Shown piece by piece: positions 9,633 to 19,273 of a DNA stretch of 64,000 bases. Origin of the DNA: Gemmatimonadota bacterium (GTDB lineage: Bacteria; Gemmatimonadota; Gemmatimonadetes; Longimicrobiales; Gaopeijiaceae); the NCBI GenBank assembly GCA_039589315.1, contig JBDHHQ010000013.1, positions 32,001 through 96,000 on the forward strand, given 5' to 3'. The translations under genes and the position numbers were made by a program. The notes under the pieces are model-generated. The model searched no databases. It saw only the letters and a list, made by a program, of their open reading frames with translations, and was not told where the DNA came from. How positions within the stretch are numbered: the first letter of the stretch is position 1; each line of letters opens with the position of its first letter.

Positions 9633-11837
9633 CTACCGCAAGACCTCGCCGAAGGCGACGTCCTCCGCCGCCAGGACGAACGCGGTGGTGGGAAGTCCGT
9701 GGGTGCGCTCCTGCAGACTGGCGATGTAGGCGGGAAAGCCGTCCCCCGGCTGCGCCAACCCCATGAACACCAGGTCCGCGTCGGCGGAGGACGCGCGCAG
9801 GATCTGGTCGAAGGGACGGCCGGCCGCCACGAGCACCTCGGGGTGGGCGCCGATGCGCAGCCCCCTGACCAGCTCGCGCAGGTTCTTGCGCGCGGAGTCG
9901 GCGGCGATCTCGTCGGGCACGACCAGCTTCAACCGCACCTCGGCTCCCCGCCACCCTACGTGGGTGCGCAGCAGATAGGCCAGCAGCATCATGAGCCCGC
10001 CGTTCCGTTCGAGCCCGCCCCACCAGACATCGATCCGGAGCCGGTCGCCGAAGCCACGGTCGTCGGACTCCCGGAGGATGATCACGTTGCGGCGCAGCTG
10101 ATGGAACGTGTCGATCATCTGACAGTAGCGCTCCAGATGCTCCGGCCGCTCACTGTCGCCCAGGATCACCGTGTTGGGGACCAGGGCACCCAGTCCATAC
10201 GTCTGGACGAGCTGCTCCGCGCCTTCGAAGGGGTTGGGGGCCGCCACCAGACGCACCATCGCCTCCACGCCCCGGCGAGCGAGGTACTCCCGCACCGTTC
10301 CTTCGAGGGCGGTCATGCGCCCCGCTTCGCGAGACCCCTGCGGGAGCACGCTGGCCACGGTGATGAGACCGCGGCTGTGTGACACGGCCTCGGCCAACTC
10401 GATCAGGTTCCACCGCTGCGTCGGCGCGCCCGAGAGCACGAGGCTGTGGGGCCGCCAGTTCTTGGGCTCCGAGTCGAGGCCCACGCGGAGGACACCCCCG
10501 CGGACCATGGCCATCCAGATGCCGTGCCGCACGTCCCCCCAGGTGGCCTCCAGCCCTCTGCGCTCGAGCCACAGGTACACCCCCAGGACCACCACGCCCG
10601 AGACCACCGTCGCCACGGCGTTCACCAGGAACATGGCGACCAGACAACCGGTCGCGCCGAGGAAGGACAGGAGCCAATGCACGCGGAAGGACGGACGGAA
10701 CGACGGGCTCGCCAGCAGGCGCTCCGTGCCCGCCGCGACGTTCAGCACCAGGTAGGTGGTCAGGAAGAACATGGTCAGCACGGGCGCGATCACGTCGAGG
10801 TCGCCCAGGGCGACGGCCGCGAGGGCCACGCCGATCGTGAACGCGGTTCCCAGGCGAGGCTCGTCGCTCGGGCCGCTCCCCTTGGACAGCCAGCGCAGGG
10901 CGCCGGGCAGCACCCCGTCATGGGCCAGCGCCTGGAGGACGCGGGGGGCGGCCAGCACGCTTCCCACCGCCGACGACAGGGTCGCGCCCCAAACCCCCAA
11001 CAGGATCGCGTCGCCCCAGAGCGCCATCCGCCGCATGATGAGCGGGTCACCCATGAGGCTGGCCGCATCCGCGCGGAAGGCCAGCAGCACGGGCAACGAC
11101 ATGTAGATCACGTAGCCCACGCCGATGGCCGAGAGCGTCCCCAACGGGATGGAGCGGGCCGGGTTTCTCAGATCCCCCGACATGTTCACCCCGGCCATGA
11201 TTCCGGTGACGGCTGGGAAGAACACCGCGAACACCGTCCAGAAACCCACGAGCTCCGGCGCGGGCCCGGAAGCCGGCGGCAGGGGCCCTGCCGGCATGCC
11301 AGCCACCAGGGAGACCAGAGACAAAGCGATGGCCCCCATGATGAAGTACTGTGCCCGTATGGCGATCCGTGCCGAGCGCAGTGCCAGCACGCCTACCAGC
11401 ACCGTGGTGATCAGGCCGACGGCCTTCTCGTTCACTCCCGGAAACGAGCGCGCCACCGACTCGGCGAACCCCACGGTGTAGAGCGCGATGGACAGGGCCT
11501 GGGCCAGGTACAGCGGGATCCCCACCGCACCCCCGGTCTCGATGCCGAGGGCACGGCTGATCATGTAGTAGGCCCCTCCCACCCGCACCCGCCGATCGGT
11601 GGCGATCTCCGAGATGGACAGCGCGGTCAGGAAGGTGATGAGGGTGGAGATGGTGACGATGACCAGTGTGCCCCAAAGGCCCACGTTTCCCACCACCCAA
11701 CCGAACCGCAAATACATGATCACGCCGAGAATCGTCAGGATCGACGGTGTGAAGACCCCCCCGAAGGTGCCTAGGCCGGCCCCCGCGGCTGCCTCGGCAG
11801 AGCCACGGACAGGTCCCTCTTGCGTGCGTGTGGGCAT
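9633..11837 (-). CDS. Cation-chloride cotransporter (SLC12/CCC-like) of the APC superfamily
   Basis: LGTFGGVFTPSILTILGVIMYLRFGWVVG, GGAYYMISRALG, FFPAVTGIMAG, KNWRP; cytoplasmic C-terminal domain. Confidence 0.88.
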   Translation of the reverse strand: MPTRTQEGPVRGSAEAAAGAGLGTFGGVFTPSILTILGVIMYLRFGWVVGNVGLWGTLVIVTISTLITFLTALSISEIATDRRVRVGGAYYMISRALGIETGGAVGIPLYLAQALSIALYTVGFAESVARSFPGVNEKAVGLITTVLVGVLALRSARIAIRAQYFIMGAIALSLVSLVAGMPAGPLPPASGPAPELVGFWTVFAVFFPAVTGIMAGVNMSGDLRNPARSIPLGTLSAIGVGYVIYMSLPVLLAFRADAASLMGDPLIMRRMALWGDAILLGVWGATLSSAVGSVLAAPRVLQALAHDGVLPGALRWLSKGSGPSDEPRLGTAFTIGVALAAVALGDLDVIAPVLTMFFLTTYLVLNVAAGTERLLASPSFRPSFRVHWLLSFLGATGCLVAMFLVNAVATVVSGVVVLGVYLWLERRGLEATWGDVRHGIWMAMVRGGVLRVGLDSEPKNWRPHSLVLSGAPTQRWNLIELAEAVSHSRGLITVASVLPQGSREAGRMTALEGTVREYLARRGVEAMVRLVAAPNPFEGAEQLVQTYGLGALVPNTVILGDSERPEHLERYCQMIDTFHQLRRNVIILRESDDRGFGDRLRIDVWWGGLERNGGLMMLLAYLLRTHVGWRGAEVRLKLVVPDEIAADSARKNLRELVRGLRIGAHPEVLVAAGRPFDQILRASSADADLVFMGLAQPGDGFPAYIASLQERTHGLPTTAFVLAAEDVAFGEVLR

Positions 11838-12105
11838 GGCCCGAACAAGAGTCACAATGGGCGTTGCGGGTCAAGGTCCGCGTGCCACCGCCCGATATCC
11901 CTCCCCCCGGCGGGGCCCCGTAGCCATCTTGGTCGATACGGGCGGAGCTCGTGTTTGGATACCGTCACGGTCCCGGGCGGCACCTGGCGGACCCCAGGCA
12001 GCTCAGCGGTCGCCGGCAGCGCACGTCCGCCCCGTCCGCCTCGCGGCTGACGAGCTTCGGCAGCGGGGCGGTCGGCAGCCCTGGCGACGGCGCGGGAGGA
12101 GTGAC

Positions 12106-13095
12106 GTGGATCCCATCGAGTGGGTGGACATCGCAGAGATTCGGGCGGCGGCCGGACGCCTCCAGCCGCAGGTCATGCGCTCGCCTCTCGTCCCGTTGAG
12201 CCTCCCTGACCGGTCGGCAGAGATCTATCTGAAGCTCGAGAACCTCCAGCCCATCGGGTCTTTCAAGCTGCGCGGTGCCGGGAACGCCATGGCAATGGCC
12301 GACCCCGCGGCGCTGGCCAACGGCGTGGTCACGGCCAGCGCGGGAAACATGGCTCAAGGGGTGGCGTGGAACGCCAGGCGGCTGGGGATCCCGTGCCACG
12401 TCGTGGTTCCCGATCACGCGCCACGAACCAAGATCCGGGCGATCGAACGACTCGGTGGCAAGGTGGTCGCCACCTCCTTCGAACGGTGGTGGCAGGCTCT
12501 GGAGGAGCGTGCCTATCCGGGGCTGGACGGCCACTTCATCCACCCGGTGAGCGATCCGGCCGTGATCGCGGGCAACGGGACCATCGGGCTCGAGATCGTC
12601 GAGGACCTACCCGACGTGGCCGCCGTGGTGGTACCCTTCGGCGGCGGCGGCCTCTCGTGTGGGATCGCCTGCGCCATTTCCGCTACCCACCCGCAAGTAC
12701 CCGTGTACGCCGCAGAGGTCGAGACCGCGGCGCCCCTCGCCGCCTCCCTCACGGCCGGGAAGCCCACCCGGGTCCCCTACGCCGCCAGCTTCGTGGACGG
12801 CATCGGCTCGGCGCAGCTGCTGCCGGAGATGTGGCCGCTGGCCAGAGCGGCGCTCGCCGGATCGCTGGTGTCCACGCTGAGTCAGATCCGCGAGGCGATG
12901 CGCGTCCTGGTGGCTCGGGGCCGAGTGGTGGCCGAGGGCGCCGGGGCCGCCAGCGTGGCGGCGGCCCTGAGCGGAGGGGCGGGCAGTGGCAGGATCGTCT
13001 GCGTCGTCTCGGGCGGCAACATCGATCTCGACGTGCTCGCGACCATCCTCGACGAGGGCGCGCACGGGGACGCCCCGTCGCCCTCGGCCCGCTGA
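12106..13095 (+). CDS. PLP-dependent threonine/serine dehydratase family protein (no ACT domain)
   Basis: GTG 12106 after GGAGGA; LKLENLQPIGSFKLRGA, SAGN, PFGGGGL, SGGN. Confidence 0.9.
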   Translation: MDPIEWVDIAEIRAAAGRLQPQVMRSPLVPLSLPDRSAEIYLKLENLQPIGSFKLRGAGNAMAMADPAALANGVVTASAGNMAQGVAWNARRLGIPCHVVVPDHAPRTKIRAIERLGGKVVATSFERWWQALEERAYPGLDGHFIHPVSDPAVIAGNGTIGLEIVEDLPDVAAVVVPFGGGGLSCGIACAISATHPQVPVYAAEVETAAPLAASLTAGKPTRVPYAASFVDGIGSAQLLPEMWPLARAALAGSLVSTLSQIREAMRVLVARGRVVAEGAGAASVAAALSGGAGSGRIVCVVSGGNIDLDVLATILDEGAHGDAPSPSAR

Positions 13096-13209
13096 CGAAG
13101 GATCTTCTTGCGCCGTCGGAGAGGGGGAGGCGGCCGTGTGCTGACGCCCGCCAAGTGCTCTCTCCAGTGGGATTCTCGTATGACAAAACCCTTGCGTGCT
13201 CCAATGCGT

Positions 13210-13239
13210 GAAACAAATGTTCCTGGAAACATTCGTTTC
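13210..13239. promoter_or_regulatory. AT-rich inverted repeat, candidate operator
   Basis: GAAACAAATGTT-CCTGGA-AACATTCGTTTC (12-bp arms, one mismatch) 16 bp upstream of ATG 13256. Confidence 0.45.
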
Positions 13240-13255
13240 CGAACGTGGAGGCCCG

Positions 13256-13582
13256 ATGTCCTTTTGGCGGTGGGGAATCGCCCTGTTCCTGGGCTGGATG
13301 CTGGCGGGGCCGCTCTTTGCAGCGGCCTTCAGGCTCCTTGGCTTGCAGTACAGGGTCCGGCCGAGCTTGCCCGTCGATCCGCGTCTGAGGGAGCACCGGC
13401 AGGCGCCGATTGCCGCGCCGGAGCGGAGACGACCTGGACGGGCCCGTGAAGCTCTTCCCAAGCCGGAGCTCGCCAGGGTCCGCATTCGACGGCCAAAGCC
13501 CGCGGCGATGGATGTCACGGTTGAGTGGTGGATGAGCATGGTAGGAGACGCCCGGGACTCCTCGGAGGCCATGGGCGACTGA
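13256..13582 (+). CDS. Small hypothetical membrane protein
   Basis: GGAGG RBS; N-terminal hydrophobic helix WGIALFLGWMLAGPLFAAAF. Confidence 0.5.
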   Translation: MSFWRWGIALFLGWMLAGPLFAAAFRLLGLQYRVRPSLPVDPRLREHRQAPIAAPERRRPGRAREALPKPELARVRIRRPKPAAMDVTVEWWMSMVGDARDSSEAMGD

Positions 13583-13663
13583 TCCTGTCGGCCGCTTCCA
13601 CGAGGCGGCTCGGAAACGGGGTAGCCCCCCCGGCGCCCGGCCCTGGAACGGGTCGGGCGCAAC

Positions 13664-14443
13664 TCATTCCGGGAGGCGGAAATGCCGGGCGATGGTGTCA
13701 GCGAGGTCATTGAGACATCGCAGGCCGATCGCTCGGCTCATTCCCCGCGCGTCACCCAGGATTCCCGTCGGCGTCGCTTGTCGAAAGCCAGCGCCGATGA
13801 GCCGTTCGAACTCCTCCCTGCTTCCGTCCGGCCGATATCCTGCGGTCGCCTCCTCCTCCTTCACCAGCTCGGGGTGCATGACCAGCATGAGCGAGCTCTC
13901 GGCGATGTCGGCGTGTCCCCCCACGTGCTCGACTGGACCTCCAGCGGCCGCTACAGCCCTCTTCCAGACGGCGAAGAGACCCATGAAGTCCGTGTAGGCG
14001 CGAACCACGCACTCCCCCACTGCGGCCTCGTTCAGCTCTGCCAGCGCCCCGTCCAGCGGCTGAAAGTTGCCACCGTGGGTGGGAAGCATGCAGATCTTCG
14101 TGAAGCCGTGCCTCGAGAGGCTTCGGCAGTAGTCTCTGCAGACAGCCACGAAGGTCTGCGGCTCGAGGCTCAGGGAGCCGGGGAATGCCATGTGGTGCTC
14201 CGAAACCCCCACACGAATCGTGGGCGCCAGCAGGGCGTTGCCGAGGCGGCGCACCACCTCCTCCCCCAGCCACGTTCCGTGCTCAGCGTCCATGAAGAGG
14301 GGCAAGTGAGGTCCATGCTGCTCCACGGCGCCACACGGTACGATCACGGTGGTGAAACCGCTTGCCAGGGCCCGCTCGACATCGGGCCAGGTCAAGCGCT
14401 CCAGGTGAAGACTGGGAAGCTGAAGACCGGGATCAGGCTGCAT
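13664..14443 (-). CDS. Creatininase family amidohydrolase (MftE-like)
   Basis: GAVEQHGPHLP, GVSEHH, THGGN, GHAD..ESS motifs. Confidence 0.9.
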   Translation of the reverse strand: MQPDPGLQLPSLHLERLTWPDVERALASGFTTVIVPCGAVEQHGPHLPLFMDAEHGTWLGEEVVRRLGNALLAPTIRVGVSEHHMAFPGSLSLEPQTFVAVCRDYCRSLSRHGFTKICMLPTHGGNFQPLDGALAELNEAAVGECVVRAYTDFMGLFAVWKRAVAAAGGPVEHVGGHADIAESSLMLVMHPELVKEEEATAGYRPDGSREEFERLIGAGFRQATPTGILGDARGMSRAIGLRCLNDLADTIARHFRLPE

Positions 14444-14479
14444 GGCTCGCTCATCGGTGGTTGGTCGGCGGAGCTCCGC

Positions 14480-14696
14480 CCTATCGTTCAGCGCGCCGAC
14501 ACCCTTGCGCAACGGGCACCGGAGGCGCAGCGCGTTTGGCAATCGCGCTTGCGCCAGCTGCCACGCAGAGGAGGGCGGCGAAGGCACCGAGCTCGAGCCC
14601 GAGTTGCTGACCGACCACGGCAACGCCTTCGACATCTGGGACTACGTGGTGATCTCGATGCCGGAGGATGACCCCGGGGATGAATCACCAGACTAG
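14480..14696 (+). pseudogene. Cytochrome c gene remnant
   Basis: CASCH heme motif followed by FDIWDYVVISMPEDDPG; one extra T at 14549 separates it from an upstream EAQRVWQSR segment; no signal peptide or C-terminal helix. Confidence 0.55.
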
Positions 14697-15625
14697 CTCC
14701 CCGCCTCGTCGTCGCCCTCCGCCCGGATCGAGTCGGCTGCCGGCACCACGCGGTCGACCCGGAAGCTGGACAGCCGGAAGACCGTAGAGCCGCCGGGCGT
14801 TCGGGCCAGAAACGTCCCATCACCGCTTCCTGCTACATCCACCACCGCCAGGGTGTCCGTGCCGGCGCCCAGGGCCACGACGCGACGCCGGTCCTCGCCC
14901 TCGAAGGTGATCGTGTCGGGCGCGAACCCGGTGGCCTCCAGGCTGGCGAGCTCTCGCAGGAGATCCCCCACCCGCTCGGCCCTCGCAGGCGCGCCGTCCA
15001 CCGTCCACCCGGCGTCGACTCGCGCCAGGATGTGCTCGTCCCCTCCCCGCTCGAAGATCACGGACTCGACTGCGGCCGTGTCCACGACCACGATGGTCCG
15101 GTCACGCCAGTCCTCCAGGCGGCGCGTGGCGGCGCCCCGGAGTCCCCCCTCGAGCAGGTAGACGGCGTCTTCGTCCGGGAGGCGCGCGAAGCTGCTCGAG
15201 AAGCTCGGCCCCGGCTTGCCGAGCAACACCTCGACCGTGGGATCCTCGTCGGAACGGAACGCCAGGCGCCAGGTGCTGTCGGCCGATACGCCCAGCCGCC
15301 CGTGATTGGACGGGTTGGACGCCACCAGGTCCCTCACCTCGGCGTCCGACACGGCGTCCCAGAACCGTGCCACCGCTGCCGAGTCGGATGGATGGCCGTT
15401 GACGCGCCACGCCCCGGCGGCGCGCTCCAGGGCCACGGTGTCCGTGGGGCCTTCGATCCACACGCTCTGGACCGACGCCTCGCTCAGGCCTGTCAGGGCG
15501 CGAGCCAGCTGCGAGGCGTCCCCGGCCCCTCCCGCCCCGCCCCGACCGAACGCCAGCACCACCAGGTAGACGATGACCAGACCCAGTAGGGTTCCCAATG
15601 CCGCCTTCAGTGCCTTTTCGCTCAC
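14693..15625 (-). CDS. DUF4340 domain protein (accessory of GldAFG-like ABC system)
   Basis: N-terminal TM; W.V.G..AD, YGL-like, LLGK, WRDR motifs; GTG overlaps upstream stop. Confidence 0.8.
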   Translation of the reverse strand: MSEKALKAALGTLLGLVIVYLVVLAFGRGGAGGAGDASQLARALTGLSEASVQSVWIEGPTDTVALERAAGAWRVNGHPSDSAAVARFWDAVSDAEVRDLVASNPSNHGRLGVSADSTWRLAFRSDEDPTVEVLLGKPGPSFSSSFARLPDEDAVYLLEGGLRGAATRRLEDWRDRTIVVVDTAAVESVIFERGGDEHILARVDAGWTVDGAPARAERVGDLLRELASLEATGFAPDTITFEGEDRRRVVALGAGTDTLAVVDVAGSGDGTFLARTPGGSTVFRLSSFRVDRVVPAADSIRAEGDDEAGS

Positions 15626-17874
15626 GACACCACCTCCTGCCAACGTCGCTCCGCTCGACGGCGTCGCCCGAGCACCCTGACGGCGCCGAAGACCACGAAG
15701 AGGAGTGGGATCCCGAGCAGGTTGCCCCACTTGAGGCCAGCTCGACTCAGCTCCGACCCGAACACCAACGGTGGCGGGCGCCGGTCCTTGGAACGGATCC
15801 CGATGAGCACCTCGTCCTGGGCCAACCAGTCGATGGCGTTGGCGGCGAAGGCCAGGTTCTGGGGATTGGCCCGTGCGAAGTCGTCCTCCAGGAAGTTCGC
15901 GTCCCCGACGACCAGCAGCCGGCCGACGCCAGTGATCTCTGCCTCGTCATCTGAAGCCCCTGCAGCAGTGGCATCTATGGCCACCGCGACCGTCTGCACC
16001 CCCAGCGACGCCGGATCTTCGGGCAGCGGCATGTCCGGCGTGATCGGGGCCCCGGCCGGCTGCACGCCTCCCGCCTCCGTGGTCTGCCACAACGGCACGG
16101 CAACGGTCGTGTCCGTCACCGTCAGGGGGCTCGCCCACCCCACCGTCAGATTGCCCAGGTCCCGGGTCGTCGCGTGATCCGCGCCGCGGAAGGTGATCGG
16201 CCAGAGGGGATACGACTGGACCAGCTGGAAGACGCCCTGCCTGCCCATGGAGATGCGCTCCGCCGACTGCAGGTCGTAGACGATCCCCTCGCCCACCTCC
16301 ACACCCCGTTCCTCCAGGAGGATCTCGAGGCCGGTGACCAGGGGTCGCGACGTGGGCATCTGTGGATTGATCTCCGTGCGCTCCACCAGGAACAAGGCTG
16401 CGCCCCCGTCATCCAGGTAGCTCTCGATCTGGGCCACCGCGCCTGCGTCCATCTCCTGCGTCGGAGCGGCCACGACTGCCACCAGGAAGCTGTCCACCGA
16501 GAGATCCGCGGTGGAATCGTTCTGAAGATCGACCGTGCGGATGTCATACTGCTCCGAGATCGCCTGGTGGAAGGCCTGGAACTGAAATGGGGAGCGGGCG
16601 CCGAAACCTCCGACGAACCCGAGCCTGGCCTTGTCCGTGTCCGCCATACCATGGATCGCCGAGGCGAGTCGGAATTCCAGGTCGTCGGTCCGGTCGATGA
16701 CGGGAATCACCTCGCGGCTATCCGCATAGAGGATGGCCAGTCCGAAGTAGCCGCGCCGCACCTGGAACTCGTCGTCCCGGAGCACGTTGAACTCGATGGG
16801 CGAGATGCCCAGGCTGGAGGCCTCTGCCTGGGCGTCCTCGTCGTCGTCCGGGTTCAGCGCCTCGACCCTGAGTCCTCCGTCGCTGACGCCGCGGAAGTCG
16901 GCAAGGAGGTCGCGCACGTCCCGGACGATGAGCTGAATCTCGGGGGGCAGCTGCCGGGAAACGAAGAGCTTGATGGTAACGAGATCGTCGATGTCCCGGA
17001 CGATCTGCCGGGTCCCCTCCGACAGCGTGTAGAGGCGGGCCGAGGTCAAGTCGAGGCGGCCCCGCACGTATCCCCCGAGGAGGTTGAGGACCACGACCGC
17101 CCCCGCGATCACCAGGGTCCCGATGCGCAGCCGTCCGTACGCCTCCCGCGATACGCTGAGACGCTCCCGGCTCACCATGGCGTAGGTGAGGAACAGGAAG
17201 AGGCCCGTGCCGGACGCGAAGTAGAGGACGTCTCGCAGGTCCACGACCCCGCGGGCGACGCTCTCGAAGTGAGCCATGACCGACAGGCGCGCCAACGCAC
17301 CGCCCAGGACCGGAGGCAGGCCGATGGACACCACCGGTAGTCCGATGAGGATCAGGGTGAGCGCGGCCGAGGCCGAAAGGATGAACGCGGTGATCTGGTT
17401 TCGGGTGACCGAAGATGCCCACAGGCCGAGGGAGACCAGGAGCGCGCTCAGGAGGGCGGCGCCGGCGTACTGCGCGACGAGTATGCCGGGATCCGCTTCG
17501 GAGACCAGCAGCACCCCGAGCCCCGTGGGCACGGTGGCAGCGAGGGTCACCAGCACGAAGAGCCAGTTGCCCAGGAACTTGCCGGCCACGACCTCGCCCT
17601 CACCGACCGGGTGGGCGAGTAGCCACTCCAGGGTGCCGGAGCGCTTCTCCTCCGACAAGCTCCGCATCGTGATGGCGGGAATGAAGACGGTGAAGAGCCA
17701 CGGGAGCAAGGCGAAGAAGGGGCGGAGGGTCCCGATGCCGGCCGCGTACAGGGAGCGGAACGCCAGGAACAGCCCCAACGCCAGGAAGGCGACGATCAGG
17801 ACGTACGCCGTGGGGTGATCGAAGAAGCCCCGCAGCTCCTGGCGGGCGACATGCCACACGCCACGCCGACTCAT
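15622..17874 (-). CDS. GldF/GldG-like ABC permease-auxiliary fusion
   Basis: ELRGFF..P.AY, SEEKRSGTLEWLL, RGVVDLRDVLYF, RLDLT..LYTLSEGT, NAIDWL. Confidence 0.88.
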   Translation of the reverse strand: MSRRGVWHVARQELRGFFDHPTAYVLIVAFLALGLFLAFRSLYAAGIGTLRPFFALLPWLFTVFIPAITMRSLSEEKRSGTLEWLLAHPVGEGEVVAGKFLGNWLFVLVTLAATVPTGLGVLLVSEADPGILVAQYAGAALLSALLVSLGLWASSVTRNQITAFILSASAALTLILIGLPVVSIGLPPVLGGALARLSVMAHFESVARGVVDLRDVLYFASGTGLFLFLTYAMVSRERLSVSREAYGRLRIGTLVIAGAVVVLNLLGGYVRGRLDLTSARLYTLSEGTRQIVRDIDDLVTIKLFVSRQLPPEIQLIVRDVRDLLADFRGVSDGGLRVEALNPDDDEDAQAEASSLGISPIEFNVLRDDEFQVRRGYFGLAILYADSREVIPVIDRTDDLEFRLASAIHGMADTDKARLGFVGGFGARSPFQFQAFHQAISEQYDIRTVDLQNDSTADLSVDSFLVAVVAAPTQEMDAGAVAQIESYLDDGGAALFLVERTEINPQMPTSRPLVTGLEILLEERGVEVGEGIVYDLQSAERISMGRQGVFQLVQSYPLWPITFRGADHATTRDLGNLTVGWASPLTVTDTTVAVPLWQTTEAGGVQPAGAPITPDMPLPEDPASLGVQTVAVAIDATAAGASDDEAEITGVGRLLVVGDANFLEDDFARANPQNLAFAANAIDWLAQDEVLIGIRSKDRRPPPLVFGSELSRAGLKWGNLLGIPLLFVVFGAVRVLGRRRRAERRWQEVVS

Positions 17875-18884
17875 CGATCACCTCCCTCGTCGACGGGTGA
17901 CGCCGCGTCCGGCGCATGCGCGGCATGAGCGTCACCGCCTGGGGCGTCCGTCTCTCCGTCCTCGTCGGAGACGGTCAGCTGGCGGAACAGGTCCTCGAGG
18001 CTCGCCCGCTCGCGGTGGAGCTCCCACAGCGTCCACCCTCGGTCCCTGGCCAGGTTGAACACCTGGGGGCCGAGCTGTTCGGTGCCGGAGGCGGACAGCC
18101 GGACCCGCACGCGCCCGCTCAGTGGCTCGACCTCGTGGCTGTCCACGCCCGGGAGCGACGCGAGTCCCTGCGCCACGCCCTCCCCCTCGGCCTCCACGGT
18201 GTAGATCGACGCTCCGGCCTGGTCGGACAGGAGGTCTGTCACGTCGCCGTCGGCGACCAGGGCGCCGCGATTCACGATCAGCAGTCGTTTGCAGGTGGCT
18301 TCCACCTCCTGCATCACGTGCGTGCTCAGGAGGACGGTTCGCTCCTGGCCCAGGCTGCCCACCAGACGGCGGATCTCGACCCTCTGATTCGGATCGAGCC
18401 CTTCCGTAGGCTCGTCCAGGATCAGGATCTCGGGCCGGTGCAGGATGGCCGCGGCCAAGCCGACCCGCTGCCGATAGCCCTTCGACAGCTCCGAGATGGG
18501 GCGATAGAAGACCGTGCTCAGAGCCGTCTCGTCCACGGCGTCCGCCACCGCCAGGCGGAGCGTGGCCCCCTCGATCTCCCTCAGGCGTCCCGCGAAATCG
18601 AGGTACTCGCAAACGAGCATCTCCTCGTACAGCGGATTCGACTCGGGAAGATAGCCCACACGTCTCTGGGCGTCGGCCAGGCCATCGGAAATCGGCACAC
18701 CATCGAAGAGCACCCGCCCTTCGTCGGGCTCCAGCGTACCGGTGAGCATCCGCATGGTCGTCGTCTTCCCGGCACCGTTGGGACCCAGGAAGCCCACGAC
18801 CTCGCCTCGGTCGATGTCGAAGCTCAGGCGGTCCACGGCCGTCAGTGGCCCAAACCGCTTGGTCACGCCTTCGACAGAGATCAT
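17871..18884 (-). CDS. ABC transporter ATP-binding protein (GldA-like)
   Basis: GPNGAGKTT, LSKGYRQRVG, ILDEPTEGLDP, STH. Confidence 0.93.
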   Translation of the reverse strand: MISVEGVTKRFGPLTAVDRLSFDIDRGEVVGFLGPNGAGKTTTMRMLTGTLEPDEGRVLFDGVPISDGLADAQRRVGYLPESNPLYEEMLVCEYLDFAGRLREIEGATLRLAVADAVDETALSTVFYRPISELSKGYRQRVGLAAAILHRPEILILDEPTEGLDPNQRVEIRRLVGSLGQERTVLLSTHVMQEVEATCKRLLIVNRGALVADGDVTDLLSDQAGASIYTVEAEGEGVAQGLASLPGVDSHEVEPLSGRVRVRLSASGTEQLGPQVFNLARDRGWTLWELHRERASLEDLFRQLTVSDEDGETDAPGGDAHAAHAPDAASPVDEGGDR

Positions 18885-18906
18885 CGCTCCTCCACTTCAT
18901 GGCACG

Positions 18907-19082
18907 AAAAAAGCGCGCCGCCCTCGTTGTGAAGCGACGCGACGAGTGGCCCAATCTGACGGGGACGGCTGCTCCGTCGCGTCGAGTCAGTACGTGCGAT
19001 GCGCAGCGGATCCAACCCCCTCGCACCGTCGTGATTTGGTCCGAAACGCCCGGATTCTATTCGCGGCCTACAGGTCTGTCCA
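18907..19082 (-). promoter_or_regulatory. Sigma70-type promoter plus structured ~160-nt leader with terminator/antiterminator
   Basis: TGGACA(19082-19077)-N17-TAGAAT(19059-19054); hairpin 18941-18913 followed by T6 (18912-18907); 10-nt complementary pair 18984-18975 / 18944-18935. Confidence 0.6.
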
Positions 19083-19273
19083 GTGGGGTGCGCCCGAAGC
19101 CGGACCACCCCTTCGATTCGGCGCACGCCTCTTCCGTTGCCTGGCCGCGGGCGCCTCAAGCGACCGGGACCGCGAAGGTCAACCCGTACGTGCACAGCCC
19201 CTGTGGCGGACCGAAGTTGTTGCGCCGAGCGCCGGCGATGCGCCGGCTCGGGCGGGGCTGCAAGGGGGCGTCG

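Noticed and set aside
13664..14443. Mycofactocin biosynthesis cluster
   Set aside because: Only a creatininase-family gene is present; no mftA/B/C precursor, chaperone or radical SAM genes.
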